64,000 nucleotides of DNA from Okamejei kenojei (Eukaryota). This document shows positions 51,001 to 64,000 of the stretch, one piece after another. The stretch lies in assembly GCA_035221665.1 (NCBI GenBank), contig CM069145.1, forward strand, positions 56,916,001-56,980,000. Direction: 5' to 3'. The first letter of the stretch is position 1; each line of letters starts with the position of its first letter. A program made the position numbers and the translations under genes. The notes beneath the pieces are model-generated. The model had not been told where the DNA came from, made no database searches, and was given only the letters and a program-made list of their open reading frames with translations.

Positions 51001-52354
51001 ATCCTTCAAGCACGAAGAACAATATTGGACTACGGTTCAAAAAAAAATAGTTTATATGCTCCAGTCATAGAGCAGAGGGATCTAGGTGTACACAATTCCC
51101 TGAAATCTATGTCACATGCAGACAGCATAATAAAGAACGCTTTTGATACATTGGCCTTCATCAGAGAGAGTTTTTTGTATAAAGGGTGGGGCATTATGTC
51201 ACAGTTGTATAAGATGATGGCGAGAGTTCTTTTGGAATACTATGTTCAGTTTTGTCCACCCTACTATCGGAAGGATGTCATTAAACTGCGAAGAATGCAG
51301 ATGGAGAGGGTACACAGGGCAGTTCTTTATTCCGTTAGCGTAGGAGTCCGATGGGCGATCTTATACATGTCTATAATATAATGATGAAAATATATGCGGT
51401 GAATGAACAGAGTCCTCTCCCAAAGATCGGGTACTCAAAAACCATGGTACATGGGTGTAACGGCAATCTTTTGCACCCAGATGGTGGCGGGTATGTGGAA
51501 GGAGCTGCCAGAGGAGGTAGTTGAGGAAAGTTCTAAAACAGCAGTTAAAAGACACTTGGACAGATTCATGGATGGAATGGAAGGGGATAGCAGGATATGT
51601 GCCAAATGCAGGGAAATGGAACTGCCTTAGGTGGGACATCTTGACGATACGGACAATTTGGGATGAAGGACGTTTTTCCGTACTGTATAACTCTATTGTG
51701 ATTGGACGTCTTGGCCTCAACAACAATACAATTATATTCCACGCGTTAGAAATGATATTATCCGATTTAGTTGCTTGCCCTTCAGAAGAGTTTCAATATC
51801 ACCATTAATTAATTTCAAAAACCGCCAGTACCTGGTGGAAACAAATTGAATTTTGTGAAGATAGACACAAAAAGCTGGATTAACTCAGAGGGATAGGCAG
51901 CATCTCTGGAGAGAAGGAATGTTTGACGTTTCGCGTCGAGACCCTTTGTGAAGTTATGTTGCCGCCACTTAATGCTCATGCGCCGGTATTGCAATACAGC
52001 GTTTATTCATCCTGTTACCGCCATCCTGTGCTCATGCGCCGGTATTGCAAAACAGTTCATCTACATCAATAAATTTATCTTTAAAAAGCTATGTGTAATT
52101 AGTACACATTCTGCCAAACCTCAGACATGAGAGATGATGATGCGTATATGGAACGAGCTGCCAAGGGAGGTATTTGAGGCAGGTACGATAATAATATTTA
52201 ACAGGAATTTGGACAGATACATAGATAGGAGACATTCAGAGGGATTTAGGGCTAAACGCAGGCAAGCGAGACTAGTGCAGATGGCGTATCTTGGGCTGGT
52301 ATGGCCGAAAGCCCGTTTCCGTGCTCTATGATTCTATGGCAACACACGAATTGA

Positions 52355-52775
52355 AGATAGACACAAAATGCTGGAGTAATTCAGCGTTATAGGCAGCATC
52401 TCTGGAGCCTTGTCATTTGACGTTTCGGAACGAAACACTTCTTCATACTGAGAGTCAGGGGAGAGGGAATGTATATATATGGAAGGGGACAAAGAACATG
52501 TAAGGTGTGAAAATGACTCATCAAAGCAGACGTTGATCAAGGAAATGTACAACGGTTCATTGTTGGCTGAGGGGAACGAGCCAAGATAATCAAGAGGACA
52601 GTCAAACTAGTGGGAGGACTAGGGTGGGGAAGGGAGGGAGGTGAGGAAAAGCAAGGAAAGTTAGAGAAATCAATATTCATACCCACGATATTCAAGATGC
52701 CCACGCGAAATATGAAGTGCTGTTCCTCCAATTTGTGTTTTGCCTCTCTCTGAAAGTCGAGGAGGCCCAGGACAG
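52355..52775 (-). mobile_element. Penelope-like 3' fragment
   Basis: HKLEEQHFIFR..GMNIDFSNF peptide and degenerate hammerhead core. Confidence 0.75.
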
Positions 52776-54069
52776 AAAGATCCAGCATGTTCAGTCTATC
52801 TTCGGTGTAAACCAGCATCTGCAGTTCCTTACTACACATCTCCTCGTATTGTACATTTTCCAATCCCGATATTATTCCACCGAATATGCCCAATAATCCC
52901 CCAGGGGTTACATCGTCGTGAATGAAACAGAACCTCGACAACCAGCAACAATTGTTCACCGATTTCAGATGCAGCCCGAACTTCCGATATTGGTTTTAGT
53001 TGCTTTTATAAAGTATTTTCAGCTTTCAGTATTGGCGTTGCCGGGTTTACATGACCCGCCATCCCAGGGATCAATCTCGTGAACCTACGCTGCACTGACT
53101 CAATCACAAGGATGGCCTTCCTCAAATTATGAGAGCAAAACTGTACACAATACTCCAGATGTGGTCTCACCAGTGCCCTATACAACTGCAGAAGAAAACC
53201 TCGGGAATCACGAAATGATCGGCCAGTGATTTCGAGAAATGTTAAAAGTTCCAACACACATACATACACACACTACCGTCCCGAAGCTGACTGGTAAATT
53301 AAGATGTGTTTTTACCTGATTCCCGAAAAGGCGTTGCCAATCCTGTTAAAGCAGGGACACAAGATTTTCTTTACTTCTTTTCCCATCAACGCTCTTCACA
53401 ATTCCAGTCAAATGACAAGGCAAAATGCATCACAGGTGTTTCCAACCTTCCCTGAACGTTTGAATACAAAGTATGTTACTCAGAGTAACTATCCCTAGAG
53501 AAACTCAGCGACTTGGGCCGTATTTGTGGAGGGAATGGACAGGCAACGCTTCGGGCAGGGACACCTCTTCATAATCGTTCGATGCCCCTTCAGTGTTCCA
53601 CTGTAAAGTGCTTGCCATAATGTTCTTTGCATTCGCATCCGCTTCCTTGCTGCCTTTCGTAATTGAACGAATATATTTCCATAGAGAAAGGTGTGCAGCC
53701 GCGACCGCTTCCCATCCAACTGCTGCGTTGGAGTGTACGCAGTCAAGAATCGCCATTCCATACTTTGCGATAGGTGACGCTCAATTTGAAATTATTCCGC
53801 TCAGTTCATTGGCCACGCTTTCAATCTGTTACCTCGCTGAGGATCGCGCACAAGACTCAGCAGGGTCGACTTTATGGTCCACCCCAACGACGCGACACGC
53901 CCATCTGTCGATGCTGGCAACGAGAAATGGAGAGTGAAGAGTTTATTGGAATTTCCGTTCGATTCAACGTTTATTTAACTTAATGGGCGATAAGCAGTCG
54001 TTACGAACGCCCCTCTTAATATTCTTGATGGTATGAACTTAAAATCATGAGGCAAGCACCATAACCTTT

Positions 54070-55545
54070 TCAACTTTTCAACTTATCCTTTGACTCCTCC
54101 CTTTTCCACCAAATCCATGGCGTAGCTATGGGCTCGCGCTTGGGCCCCAGATATGCCTGCCTGTTTGTAGGGTACTCGAACAATCCTTGTTCGAGGTGTA
54201 CCGTGGCCCTATCCCCGAACTCTACCTCCACTACATTGATGACTGCATTGGTGCCACCTCCTGTACCCATGCGGAACTCACTGACTTCATCCATTTCACC
54301 ACTAACTTCCATCTTGCACACAAATTCACCTGGACCAATTCTGACATCTCCCTACCGTTTCTAGTTTTCACTATCTCCATCGCGGGTAACAGACTACTGA
54401 CCAACATGTACTACAAACCAACTGACTCCCATGGCTATCTGGACTACACTTCTTCCCACCCTGCTTCCTGTAAGGACACTATCCCCTATTCCCAATTTCT
54501 CCATCTACACCACATCTGCACCCAGGATGAGGTGTTCCAAACCAGTGCATCGGAGATGTCCTCATTCTTTAGGGAACGGGGGTTCCCCTCTTCGACTATA
54601 GATGAGGCTCTCACCACGGTCTCCTCTATATCCCGCAGCTCCGCCCTCACTCCCCATCCCTCCACTCATAACAAGGACCGAGTCCCCTTTGTCCTCAACT
54701 TCCACCCTACCAACTGCCACTTACAACAAATAATCCTCCGACATTTTCGCCACCTCCAACGGGATCCCACTACTGGCCACATCTTACCATCTCCCCCACT
54801 TTCGGCTTTCCACACCCTCCATAACTCCTTGCTCAATTCTTCCATTCCCACCCAAACCACCCCCTCACCTGGTACTTTCCCTTGCAACCGCAGGAAATGC
54901 TACATTTGTCGCGTTACCTCTCCACTCGACTCCATCCAACGACCCAAGCAGTCTTTTCGAGTGAGGCAGAGTTTCACCTGCACCTCCTCCAACCTCATCA
55001 ATTTCATCCGCTGCTCTAGGTGCCAACTGCCAACAGAAGAACTTTGCCATCAACATTCTGTTTGTATGGATTGTAGAAACGGAGTTTCGTTTGAGACTCT
55101 CTGAGGTTCGAATGACAAGTAATCAAATCTAATCTAATCTAATCTAACTGCTGTACATCGGTGAGACTAAGCGCAGGCTTGGCGATCGCTTCGCCCAACG
55201 CCTCCGCACAGTTCGCATTAACTAACCTGATCTCCCGGTGGTTCAGAACTTCAACTCTCCCTCCCATTCCGAATTCGACATTTCTGTCCTAGGCCTCCTC
55301 CATGGCCAGAGTGAGTCCCGCCGCAAATTGGAGGAGCAGCACCTCACATTTCGCTTGGGCAGTTTACACCCCAGCGGTATGAACATTGACTTCTCCAATT
55401 TCAGTTAGCCCTTGTTTTCTCCCTCCTTCCCCTCCTCTTCTCAGCTCTCCCACAGCCTACTGTCCCGCCTACTCCTTTCTTCTTCCCGACCCTCCCCCCC
55501 CCACTCCCCACCTCTACATCAGTCTGCAGAAGGGTGTCACAGAAA
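54070..55545 (+). mobile_element. Penelope-like retroelement (RT + GIY-YIG), with a ~115-bp insertion at ~55030-55145
   Basis: MGSRLGPRYA, YIDDC, YYKPTDSHGYLDY, YIGETK; terminal CTGCAGAAGGG hammerhead remnant cut by CR1. Confidence 0.88.
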
Positions 55546-55546
55546 C

Positions 55547-56282
55547 GTAGAAACATAGAAAATGGGCGCAGGGGTAGGCCATTTGGCCCTTCGAGCCTGC
55601 ACCGCCATTCAATATGATCATGGCTGATCATCCAACTCAGTATCCCGTACCTGCCTTCTCTCCATACCCCCTGATCCCTTTAGCCACAAGGGCCACATCT
55701 AACTCCCTCTTAAATATAGCCCATGAACTGGCCTCAAATACCTTCTGCGGCAGAGAATTCCAGAGATCCACCAATCTCTGTGTGAAAAATGTTTTTCTCA
55801 TCTCGGTCCTAAAAGATTTCCTTCCCCCTTTTCCTTAAACTGTGACCGCTTCTCCTGCACTTCCCCAACATCGGGAACAATCTTCCTGCATCTAGCCTGT
55901 CCAACCCCTTAAGAATTTTGTAAGTTTCTATAAGATCCCCCCTCAATCTTCTTAAGTCTAGCGAGTACAAGCCGAGAGTATCCAGTATTTCTTCACATGA
56001 AAGTTCTGACATCCCAGGAATCAGTCCAGTGAACCTTCTCTGTACTCCCTCTATGGCAAGAATGTCTTTCCTTAGATTTGGAGACCAAAACTGTACGCAA
56101 TACTCCAGGTGTGGCCTCATCGGACCCAGTAGAACTTCCCTGCTCCTATACTCATATCCTTTTGCTATGAATGCTAGCATACCATTCGCTTTCTTCTATG
56201 TATGCTGCACCTGCAAGCCTACTTTCAATGACTGGTGTACCATGACATCCCCTTTTCCGAATTGGCCACCATTCAAATAATA
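55547..56282 (-). mobile_element. CR1 LINE 3' fragment
   Basis: RPHLEYCVQFWSPNLRKDILAIEGVQRRF. Confidence 0.9.
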
Positions 56283-57065
56283 CCCTAAACGTGTGAGGTG
56301 ATATACTACGGGAGGTCTGATTCTGGTCGGATATACCTGGGAGAAGTATAAAAGACATTCAGAGATATAGATAGAGTAGACGGTCAAAATCCTGTCCCCA
56401 TGCCACAGGAAATACAGTCATAGAGTCACACGGCACAAAACTGGCCGATCGGACAAACTTGCCCAGGCCGACCAAGGTGGCCCATCTACACGAGTCCCAG
56501 CTTCCTACGTTTGGCCCATATACCCCTAAACCAGTCCTATCCATGTACCTTTCAATTGCCTTTTAAATGTTGTTATAAGCTCTGCCTCTAACTCATCTAG
56601 CAGCCCATTCCATATACCATTCACCCTCTGTGTGGAAAGATTGCCTCGAGGTACATGGTAAATCATGCCCCTCTCACCTTAAACCCATTGTCCCCTGTTT
56701 CTTCATTCTTCAACCCGGGTTAAATACTTTGTGCATTCACAATAACCTCTCCCTATTGGTCAGGCTCTCAAGTCCTGACAACATCCTCGTAAATATACCC
56801 TGCACCCTTTCCACCTTAGCAATATCCTTTTGATAGCGGGGTGGCCAAAACTGAACGCAAAACTCCAAATATGGCCTCACCAACGACATGTATAACTGTA
56901 ACATAAAAGGATAGTAGATGGTAGTGTAAGAAAACATTCCCACGTTTCAGAGTCAATAAGTTAGAGTTGTTAAAAGGCAAGACATAGAATGCATAGTGCT
57001 AATGCAGACAAATGAGTTTAGAGTAGATCGACAAAAACATAGACATGGAGATGCTGTAGCGAAGG

Positions 57066-59480
57066 GCTGTTTAATAATAATCATATACTTTATTTCGGAC
57101 TCAAGGTCCAGACAAGGGACAAAATTACATATAAATGCATTGCATATTAAAAAATATCATAAACTACATATAAAATCTTAGTATATCACTTATAAAGCAT
57201 CATAAATTATATATTAAAATAACACAATACATGAATTAAAAATACAGAATAAAAGAATGATCAATGCCCTACAATGAGACAACGATACCAGTGTATCCAC
57301 AACTGGGATTCGTAGCGTGTAGTGCCAAACCGTATGTTTAACAAGGCAACAATAATTACATTTAGAAACATAGAAATTAGGTGCAGGAGTAGGCCATTCA
57401 GCCCTTCGAGCCTGCACCGCCATTCAATATGATCATGGCTGATCATCCAACTCAGTATCCCGTACCTGCCTTCTCTCCATACCCTCTGATCCCCTTAGCC
57501 ACAAGGGCCACATCCAACTCACTCTTAAATATAGCCAATGAACTGGCCTCAACTACCCTCTGTGGCAGAGAGTTCCAGAGACTCACCACTCTCTGTGTGA
57601 AAAAATAATTTTTACTCATTTATCCTGCAAATGAATTGATGCATATGATTTCTTAGGAGAGCTTCTAAAGTACTGACTCCTTCAGCCTGAAACATGTTAC
57701 TAGCACTACACCAACTAGGTTTCCTTGGCAGTGTTCTCATGGCATCATTATATGACACATTTAGTCTCTGCAAACTTGTCTTTCCATAGTTCAACCACAG
57801 GTGCGCAGTATAGAGTGGTGTGCAATATGATCTAAATAGCGACATCATTACCACATCTGCACACGCACCAAACTTACGCAAGAGAATATTCGCCTGACAT
57901 ACAGCATGCGTCGTTGCCTAAAAAATATCCTCATCATCTGTCATTTGTTCTGTAATAAAATGCCCTAGATATTTTACCTTATTACTGACACTAACATTAT
58001 TGTCAGACAATTTAAAATCAGGACATTTTAGACATTTATTCTCTTTGGTTCTACAGATCATAACAGCACTCTTACAAGCATTATATTTAACATCATGTTC
58101 CATACACAGAACATATAGTAAGGAGCTGCTGAAGACCAGCGCTAGATGGACTGAAGACCACAAGATCATCTGCATACATAATATGGTTCACTAAAATATT
58201 ACCAATCACACACCCAGTATTACATGCTTTCAATTGTTTGGACAGATCATCAATGTAAATATTAAAAAGGACTATGGACAAAATTCCCCCTTGTCTAACA
58301 CCATTGTTAACCCCCGAATGGGGCTAAGACCCTATTGCCCCATTTTATTTGCTTAGTCTAGTGGGCATACTAGCAGGCCAGAATTCTCACAATGTATTTA
58401 GGCACCCCTCTTTGACTTTTAACAAACAGCTTTCTGTGATTAACATGATCAAAGGCTTTGGAAGCATCAATAAAGCACGTAAGGATTGACGAGTTGTTGC
58501 CTCTATATTTGTTTACAATCTCCTTTAGGGCATATACGCAGAAGTCAGTGCCATGTTTAGCTTTAAAACCAAACTGGGTATCTGTGGAGTTAACTCATTT
58601 ATTTTATCCAGCAAAACTGGTTCTAAAACATTTAACAATATGCTGGCTGAAACTATGGGCCTGCAATTATTTAGGCTGCCTACTTTACCAGCTTTGTCCT
58701 TAATGACCGGCACTAACAGAACAGACAATGTTGAGTCTGGTAACAAGCCATGAATCATAAAGCCAATAAAACAAATAGCAAGGAGAGGAGCTATCCTCAT
58801 ACTCGCATACTTAAGATGTTCAGCAGAAATATGATCCAAGCCATTTGCGTTGTTGTTGGACAGCTTGTTCATGGCATGATACACCTCATGTGACATAATC
58901 ACCATCGAGTCATTACTCTCAATATTGTCCACCCTATACAAGTCACCTTGGACACAGTTGAATAAAGTACTATAATGTTGTCGCCATAACTCTGCGATAT
59001 TAGCTGTTCCGGAGATTCCATCTACAGTGAATGGTAGAGATATTTTGCAACTGTTAAGAGCTCTCACTTCTTTCCAAAAATCAGTAACATTGTTACTTGG
59101 CAGCTTCTTAGCCAAGGAATCAGCCCTCATAGCTTGCTCATTTTTACAGATGAAGCGAACAGCATACTTATACCTTGCATTGATGAGCTTCTTGTACTCA
59201 AAAACAGGCCCCTATCTGGATCTACCTGCCATAGCCCATGATTTAGTGGCTTCACGGGCTTCTGCGTGACACTCAGCTACATACTGATTCCAGCCAGGCC
59301 TGATGTTATGTGTCTTAATTTTATGCTTGCAGTAGGGCATACTGCACACATATAGAGCGCTTACTATATCATTATATATGGAGCAGATATCTCTCCTATG
59401 CTTCATATCCTTACAATTAACATTACTACACATTATTGCATCTTTAGGTAGATGAATATTGCTTAAGGATTTATCTTTAT
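57066..59480 (-). mobile_element. RTEX-like non-LTR retrotransposon (degenerate RT), interrupted by a CR1 3' piece at ~57363-57605
   Basis: GLDHISAEHLKY, PVIKDKAG, LFNIYIDDL, YADDLVV, KYLG, SLFRSYCTPLY motifs in broken frames. Confidence 0.75.
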
Positions 59481-61356
59481 GGACAGAATAGTTTTGTTTG
59501 TGTGCTGCACGACACATTTCTGTGCTGTGCCCGGATGAATTGTAGATCGAGGGTTTCGTTTTTTTTAAATCAATAATCTCGCTAAGGAGAGTAAGGTGGC
59601 ATTGGATAGAGGTGATGACGGAGCAGGGTTTTTGGCAACAAGATGGTCAGTGGGTTCGTACCTGCTTACGAATGGGCGCGGCATATGGAATTCAGCTACA
59701 ATGGTGCTTTGCAGGGAACAATATCAGAAATAATATGTGTATGGTAATGCGAAAGGGGGTGTCAAATGGACAGGCGTTATCAGGTTGGGAACGATACGTA
59801 GTATGAAAAAAACAGGTCTGTAACAGAAAGTCAGCACACACTATTAATGGACTCTAAATACAGTCGATTGTTTCGCTATCTTTACGCTAACAGGCGATTT
59901 TTATCACAGGATGCGCATGTGTTCTCTGCATGTCCGCTGTGAAACCACGTTCTCGGTCAGTTTCCTATTTCCCTCAGCTGCGAGGAAACACGGGACGCAT
60001 TATCCAGGCATGCAACAGTCAGTTTGCCTTCAGCGGGGTTGGCGGTTTAACCAACAACCCTCTGCGCGAAGGAGGAAACAATCAACAATTAGTTGGATCC
60101 CCTTGACATTTAACGGTCGAAATATTGTTTATCGAACTAAAAGTATGTCAGAAACGGTGTCATACACTTGAGCTGAAAAATGTGGTTCATGGTGAATTAA
60201 TCCATTGCAAACGAAAGTCCGAGTTTCAAATCTCAGAGGAAAATGATGTCAAGAAGTACAAGGGGAGTGTAATTGTTTATTTGTTATCAAGAAATACAAG
60301 AGGATCCTAATCAGCTAAGCATGTAGGCGGAGACATGCTAATGGTGTTCATATAACTGCGAAGTAGTGCATTTTGGGAAGTCAAACCAGGGTAGATTCTT
60401 CGCTGCGAATGATGGAACAATGAGGAGTGTTGTAGAGCAGAGGGGCCAATGAGTACCTCAATTCAATTCCCTGAAAGTGCTGTCACAGGTGGATAGGCCG
60501 GAGAAGGGGGCTTTTGCACATTGGTCATTATCAATCACAGAGATTAGTGCAAAAGTTGGGATGTTATATTGCAGAAGTACAAAACGTTACCGAGGTCGCA
60601 TTTGGAACATCGTGTTCCATTATGCTCCCCATACTATTAGAAAATATGTCATCATGCTGGGAAGGGCGCAGAGAAGATTTACGAGGTTGTCGCCAGGATT
60701 CAAGGTCCTGTTCTTACGACTCAGGAGCTGCAGTTGTGTTAATTAAAATTATCTTAAAATTATTCGTCAACGCAACTCGTGGGCTAAAAGTGAACATGCC
60801 GAAAATTGCCCCTCTCCACGATCTCTCAGCATCTCAGTTCCTTGTGGTAAACTGAATCTACATCAACTGCACTGCTCTCAACAATTAGTTTAGGTTTCTC
60901 TTTTTAAAATTCTCTCAAATTGGTCAGAGAATACTGCCCTCTCCTGACTCAGTCATATTGCTGCACCCCTGTCTTTCGAAGTGCATTTTATTCCTGATCC
61001 TCTGAAGTTCTCCACTAACATCCCAACCACTGGTGGTAGACTTAAAGTTATGTAATTACTTGAACTTTCTCTACTACACTACATGAATAAACTAATATTT
61101 ACTGTCTACCTGGCACTATGCCACTGCCAAGCTCACTACCTCCCTCCTGTACTTTGTCATGTCACTGTTCACAATCCGCCCCACCACAGTGGTGTCAGTT
61201 GCAAAATCGTAAATGTTGTAAGCACAGAACTTGGCCACACCGTCGTGTGTGCATAAGAAATAGAGTCAGGAACTGAGAGTCTTCTGGGGTTAGCTCAGAT
61301 GGGCATTTTGGTCCGTTTGAGGAAATCTGAGGGACCTATTATATGCGTTGAACGTA

Positions 61357-61822
61357 CAGCGCATTCAGAAATTATTCGGACCCCTTCACTTTTTCAACAT
61401 TTTGTTAAGTTGCGGGATTATTCTAAAAGGGATTAATATTGTTATCATCAATCTACACACACCTCTAATATAAAAGCGAAAGCAGGTGTTAAGAAATGTT
61501 TGCAAGTTAATTAAAAATAAATAACGGAAATATCACAGTTACATAAGCATTCAGACCCTTTCCTATGACACTCAATATTGAGCTTAGGTGCATCCTGTTT
61601 GTATTGGTTATCCTTGAGATTTTTCTACAATTTGATTGTAGTCCACAAGTGGTAAATTAAATTGATTGTACATGACTTGGAAAGGCACTCACCTATCTAT
61701 ATAAGGTCCCGCAGTTGACAGTGCATATCAGAGCTAAAACCAAGCCATGAAAACAGGGGAAATGTCCGTAGACCTCCGAGACAGGATTGTGTCGATACAC
61801 AGATGTGGGGAAGGGTATTAAA
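61357..61822 (+). mobile_element. Tc1-like transposon left end (IR/DR type), truncated by CR1
   Basis: TA|CAG end; ATTCGGACCC/ATTCAGACCC repeated ~175 bp apart; ATG 61747 MKTGEMSVDLRDRIVSIHRCGEGY* (paired-like domain start). Confidence 0.8.
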
Positions 61823-61824
61823 CC

Positions 61825-63616
61825 GGGGACCGGGGGTCAAATAAGGTGGAGGCACTGAGTGAAATTCAGGTTAGCCGGGAAGTGGTGTTGGGTAAATTGA
61901 ATGGATTAAAGGCCGATAAATCCCCAGGGCCAGATAGTCTGCATCCCAGAGTACTCAAGGAAGTAGCCACAAAAATAGTGGATGCAGTAGTGACAATTTT
62001 TCAAAACTCCTTAGATTCTGGAGTAGTTCCTGCGGATTGGAGGGTAGCTAATGTAACCCCACTTTTTAAAAAAGGAGGGAGAGAGAAAACGGGGAATTAC
62101 AGACCAGTTAGCCTGAGGATTGGCGGGTAGCAAATGTTCCTGAGGATTGGCGGGTAGCAAATGTAACCCCTCTTTTTAAGAAGGGAGGGAGAGAGAAAAC
62201 GGGGAATTACAGACCAGTTAGTCTAACATCGGTAGTGGGGAAACTGCTAGAGTCAGTTATTAAAGATGGGATAGCAGCACATTTGGAAAGTGGTGAAATC
62301 ATTGGACAAAGTCAGCATGGATTTACAAAAGGTAAATCATGTCTGACGAATCTTGTGGAATTTTTCGAGGATGTAACTAGTAGCGTGGATAAGGGAGAAC
62401 CAGTGGATGTGGTATATCTGGACTTCCAGAAGGCTTTCGACAAGGTCCCACATACGAGATTAGTATACAAACTTAAAGCATACGGTATTAGGGGTTCAGT
62501 ATTGATGTGGATAGAGAACTGGCTGGCAAACAGGAAGCAAAGAGTAGGAGTAAACGGGTCCTTTTCACAATGGCAGGCAGTAACTAGTGGGGTACCGCAG
62601 GGCTCAGTACTGGGACCCCAGCTATTTACAATATATATTAATGATCTGGATGAGGGAATTGAAGGCAATATCTCCAAGTTTGCGGATGACACTAAGCTGG
62701 GGGGCAGTGTTCGCTGTGAGGAGGATGCTAGGAGACTGCAAGGTGACTTGGATAGGCTGGGTGAGTGGGCAAATGTTTGGCAGATGCAGTATAATGTGGA
62801 TAAATGTGAGGTTATCCACTTTGGTGGCAAAAACAGGAAAGCAGACTATTATTTAAATGGTGGCCGATTAGGAAAAGGGGAGATGCAGCGAGACCTGGGT
62901 GTCATGGTACACCAGTCATTGAAAGTAGGCATGCAGGTGCAGCAGGCAGTGAAAAAAGCGAATGGTATGTTAGCTTTCATAGCAAAAGGATTTGAGTACA
63001 GGAGCAGGGAGGTTCTACTTCAGTTGTACAGGGTCTTGGTGAGACCACACCTGGAGTATTGCGTGCAGTTTTGGTCTCCAAATCTGAAGAAGGACATTAT
63101 TGCCATAGAGGGAGTGCAGAGAAGGTTCACCAGACTGATTCCTGGGATGTCAGGACTGTCTTATGAAGAAAGACTGGATAGACTCGGTTTATACTCTCTG
63201 GAATTTAGGAGATTAAGAGGGGATCTTATAGAAACTTACAAAATTCTTAAGGGGTTGGACAGGCTAGATGCAGGAAGATTGTTCCCGATGTTGGGGAAGT
63301 CCAGGACAAGGGGTCACAGCTTAAGGATAAGGGGGAAATCCTTTAAGACCGAGATGAGAAAGGCTTTCTTCACACAGAGAGTGGTGAGTCTCTGGAACTC
63401 TCTGCCACAGAGGGTAGTTGAGGCCAGTTCATTGGCTATATTTAAGAGTGAGTTGGATGTGGCCCTTGTGGCTAAGGGGATCAGAGGGTATGGAGAGAAG
63501 GCAGGTACGGGATACTGAGTTGGATGATCAGCCATGATCATATTGAATGGCGGTGCAGGCTCGAAGGGCTGAATGGCCTACTCCTGCACCTAATTTCTAT
63601 GTTTCTATGTTTCTAT
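61825..63616 (+). mobile_element. Young CR1-clade LINE, 5'-truncated, with open RT C-terminal ORF (62235-63518)
   Basis: 427-aa uninterrupted ORF with [25 protein letters not shown]; (TTTCTATG)n tail. Confidence 0.95.
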
Positions 63617-64000
63617 GATAAGGGAGAACCTGTGGATGTGTTATATCTAGACTTTCAGAAGGCTTTCGACAAGGTCCCACATTAGAGATTAGTATACAAA
63701 CTTAAAGCACACGGTATTGGGGGTTCAGTATTGATGTGGATAGAGAACTGGCTGGCCGACAGGAAGCAAAGAGTAGGAGTAAACGGGTCCTTTTCAGAAT
63801 GGAAGGCAGTGACTAGTGGGGTACCGCAAGGCTCAGTGCTGGGACCCCAGCTATTTACAATATATATTAATGATTTGGACGAGGGAATTGAATGCAACAT
63901 CTCCAAGTTTGCGGATGACACTAAGCTGGGGGGTTGCGTTCGCAGTGAGGAGGATGCTAGGAGGCTGCAAGCTGACTTGGATAGGCTGGGTGAGTGGGCA
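63617..64000 (+). mobile_element. Second CR1 copy, head-to-tail, runs off window
   Basis: Repeats 62388-62770 sequence. Confidence 0.9.

Noticed and set aside
51973-52052. 22-bp direct repeat pair, CRISPR-like spacing
   Set aside because: Only two units in vertebrate DNA; simple local duplication.

Overview
Cartilaginous-fish (elasmobranch, probably skate/ray; inferred from gene and repeat content) genomic DNA containing one complete, unrearranged, apparently intact IgNAR (heavy-chain-only antibody) cluster on the + strand. Order: octamer/TATA promoter (~12.2 kb), leader, V, two D segments and one J with RSSs (12.36-13.89 kb), C1-C5 plus secretory tailpiece (25.3-34.3 kb), TM1 and TM2 (41.2-42.7 kb). 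The rest is mobile-element debris: many CR1-clade LINE fragments, tRNA-derived V-SINEs, Penelope-like elements, Tc1 remnants, Rex1-, RTEX- and Ingi/Vingi-like LINE pieces, and a Helitron-like element with a 1.45-kb C-rich tract in the J-C intron. Most notable: (1) a 135-bp retroposon whose 5' end folds as a minimal HDV-like ribozyme (2 copies) and whose 3' tail matches an Ingi/Vingi-like LINE in the window; (2) many Penelope-derived hammerhead motifs, often in fold-back pairs; (3) an IgNAR cluster with only two D segments, no non-canonical cysteines and a perfect octamer. Two assembly gaps (1721-2043, 14872-15060). Family assignments come from recalled motifs, not database searches; repeat boundaries are approximate.
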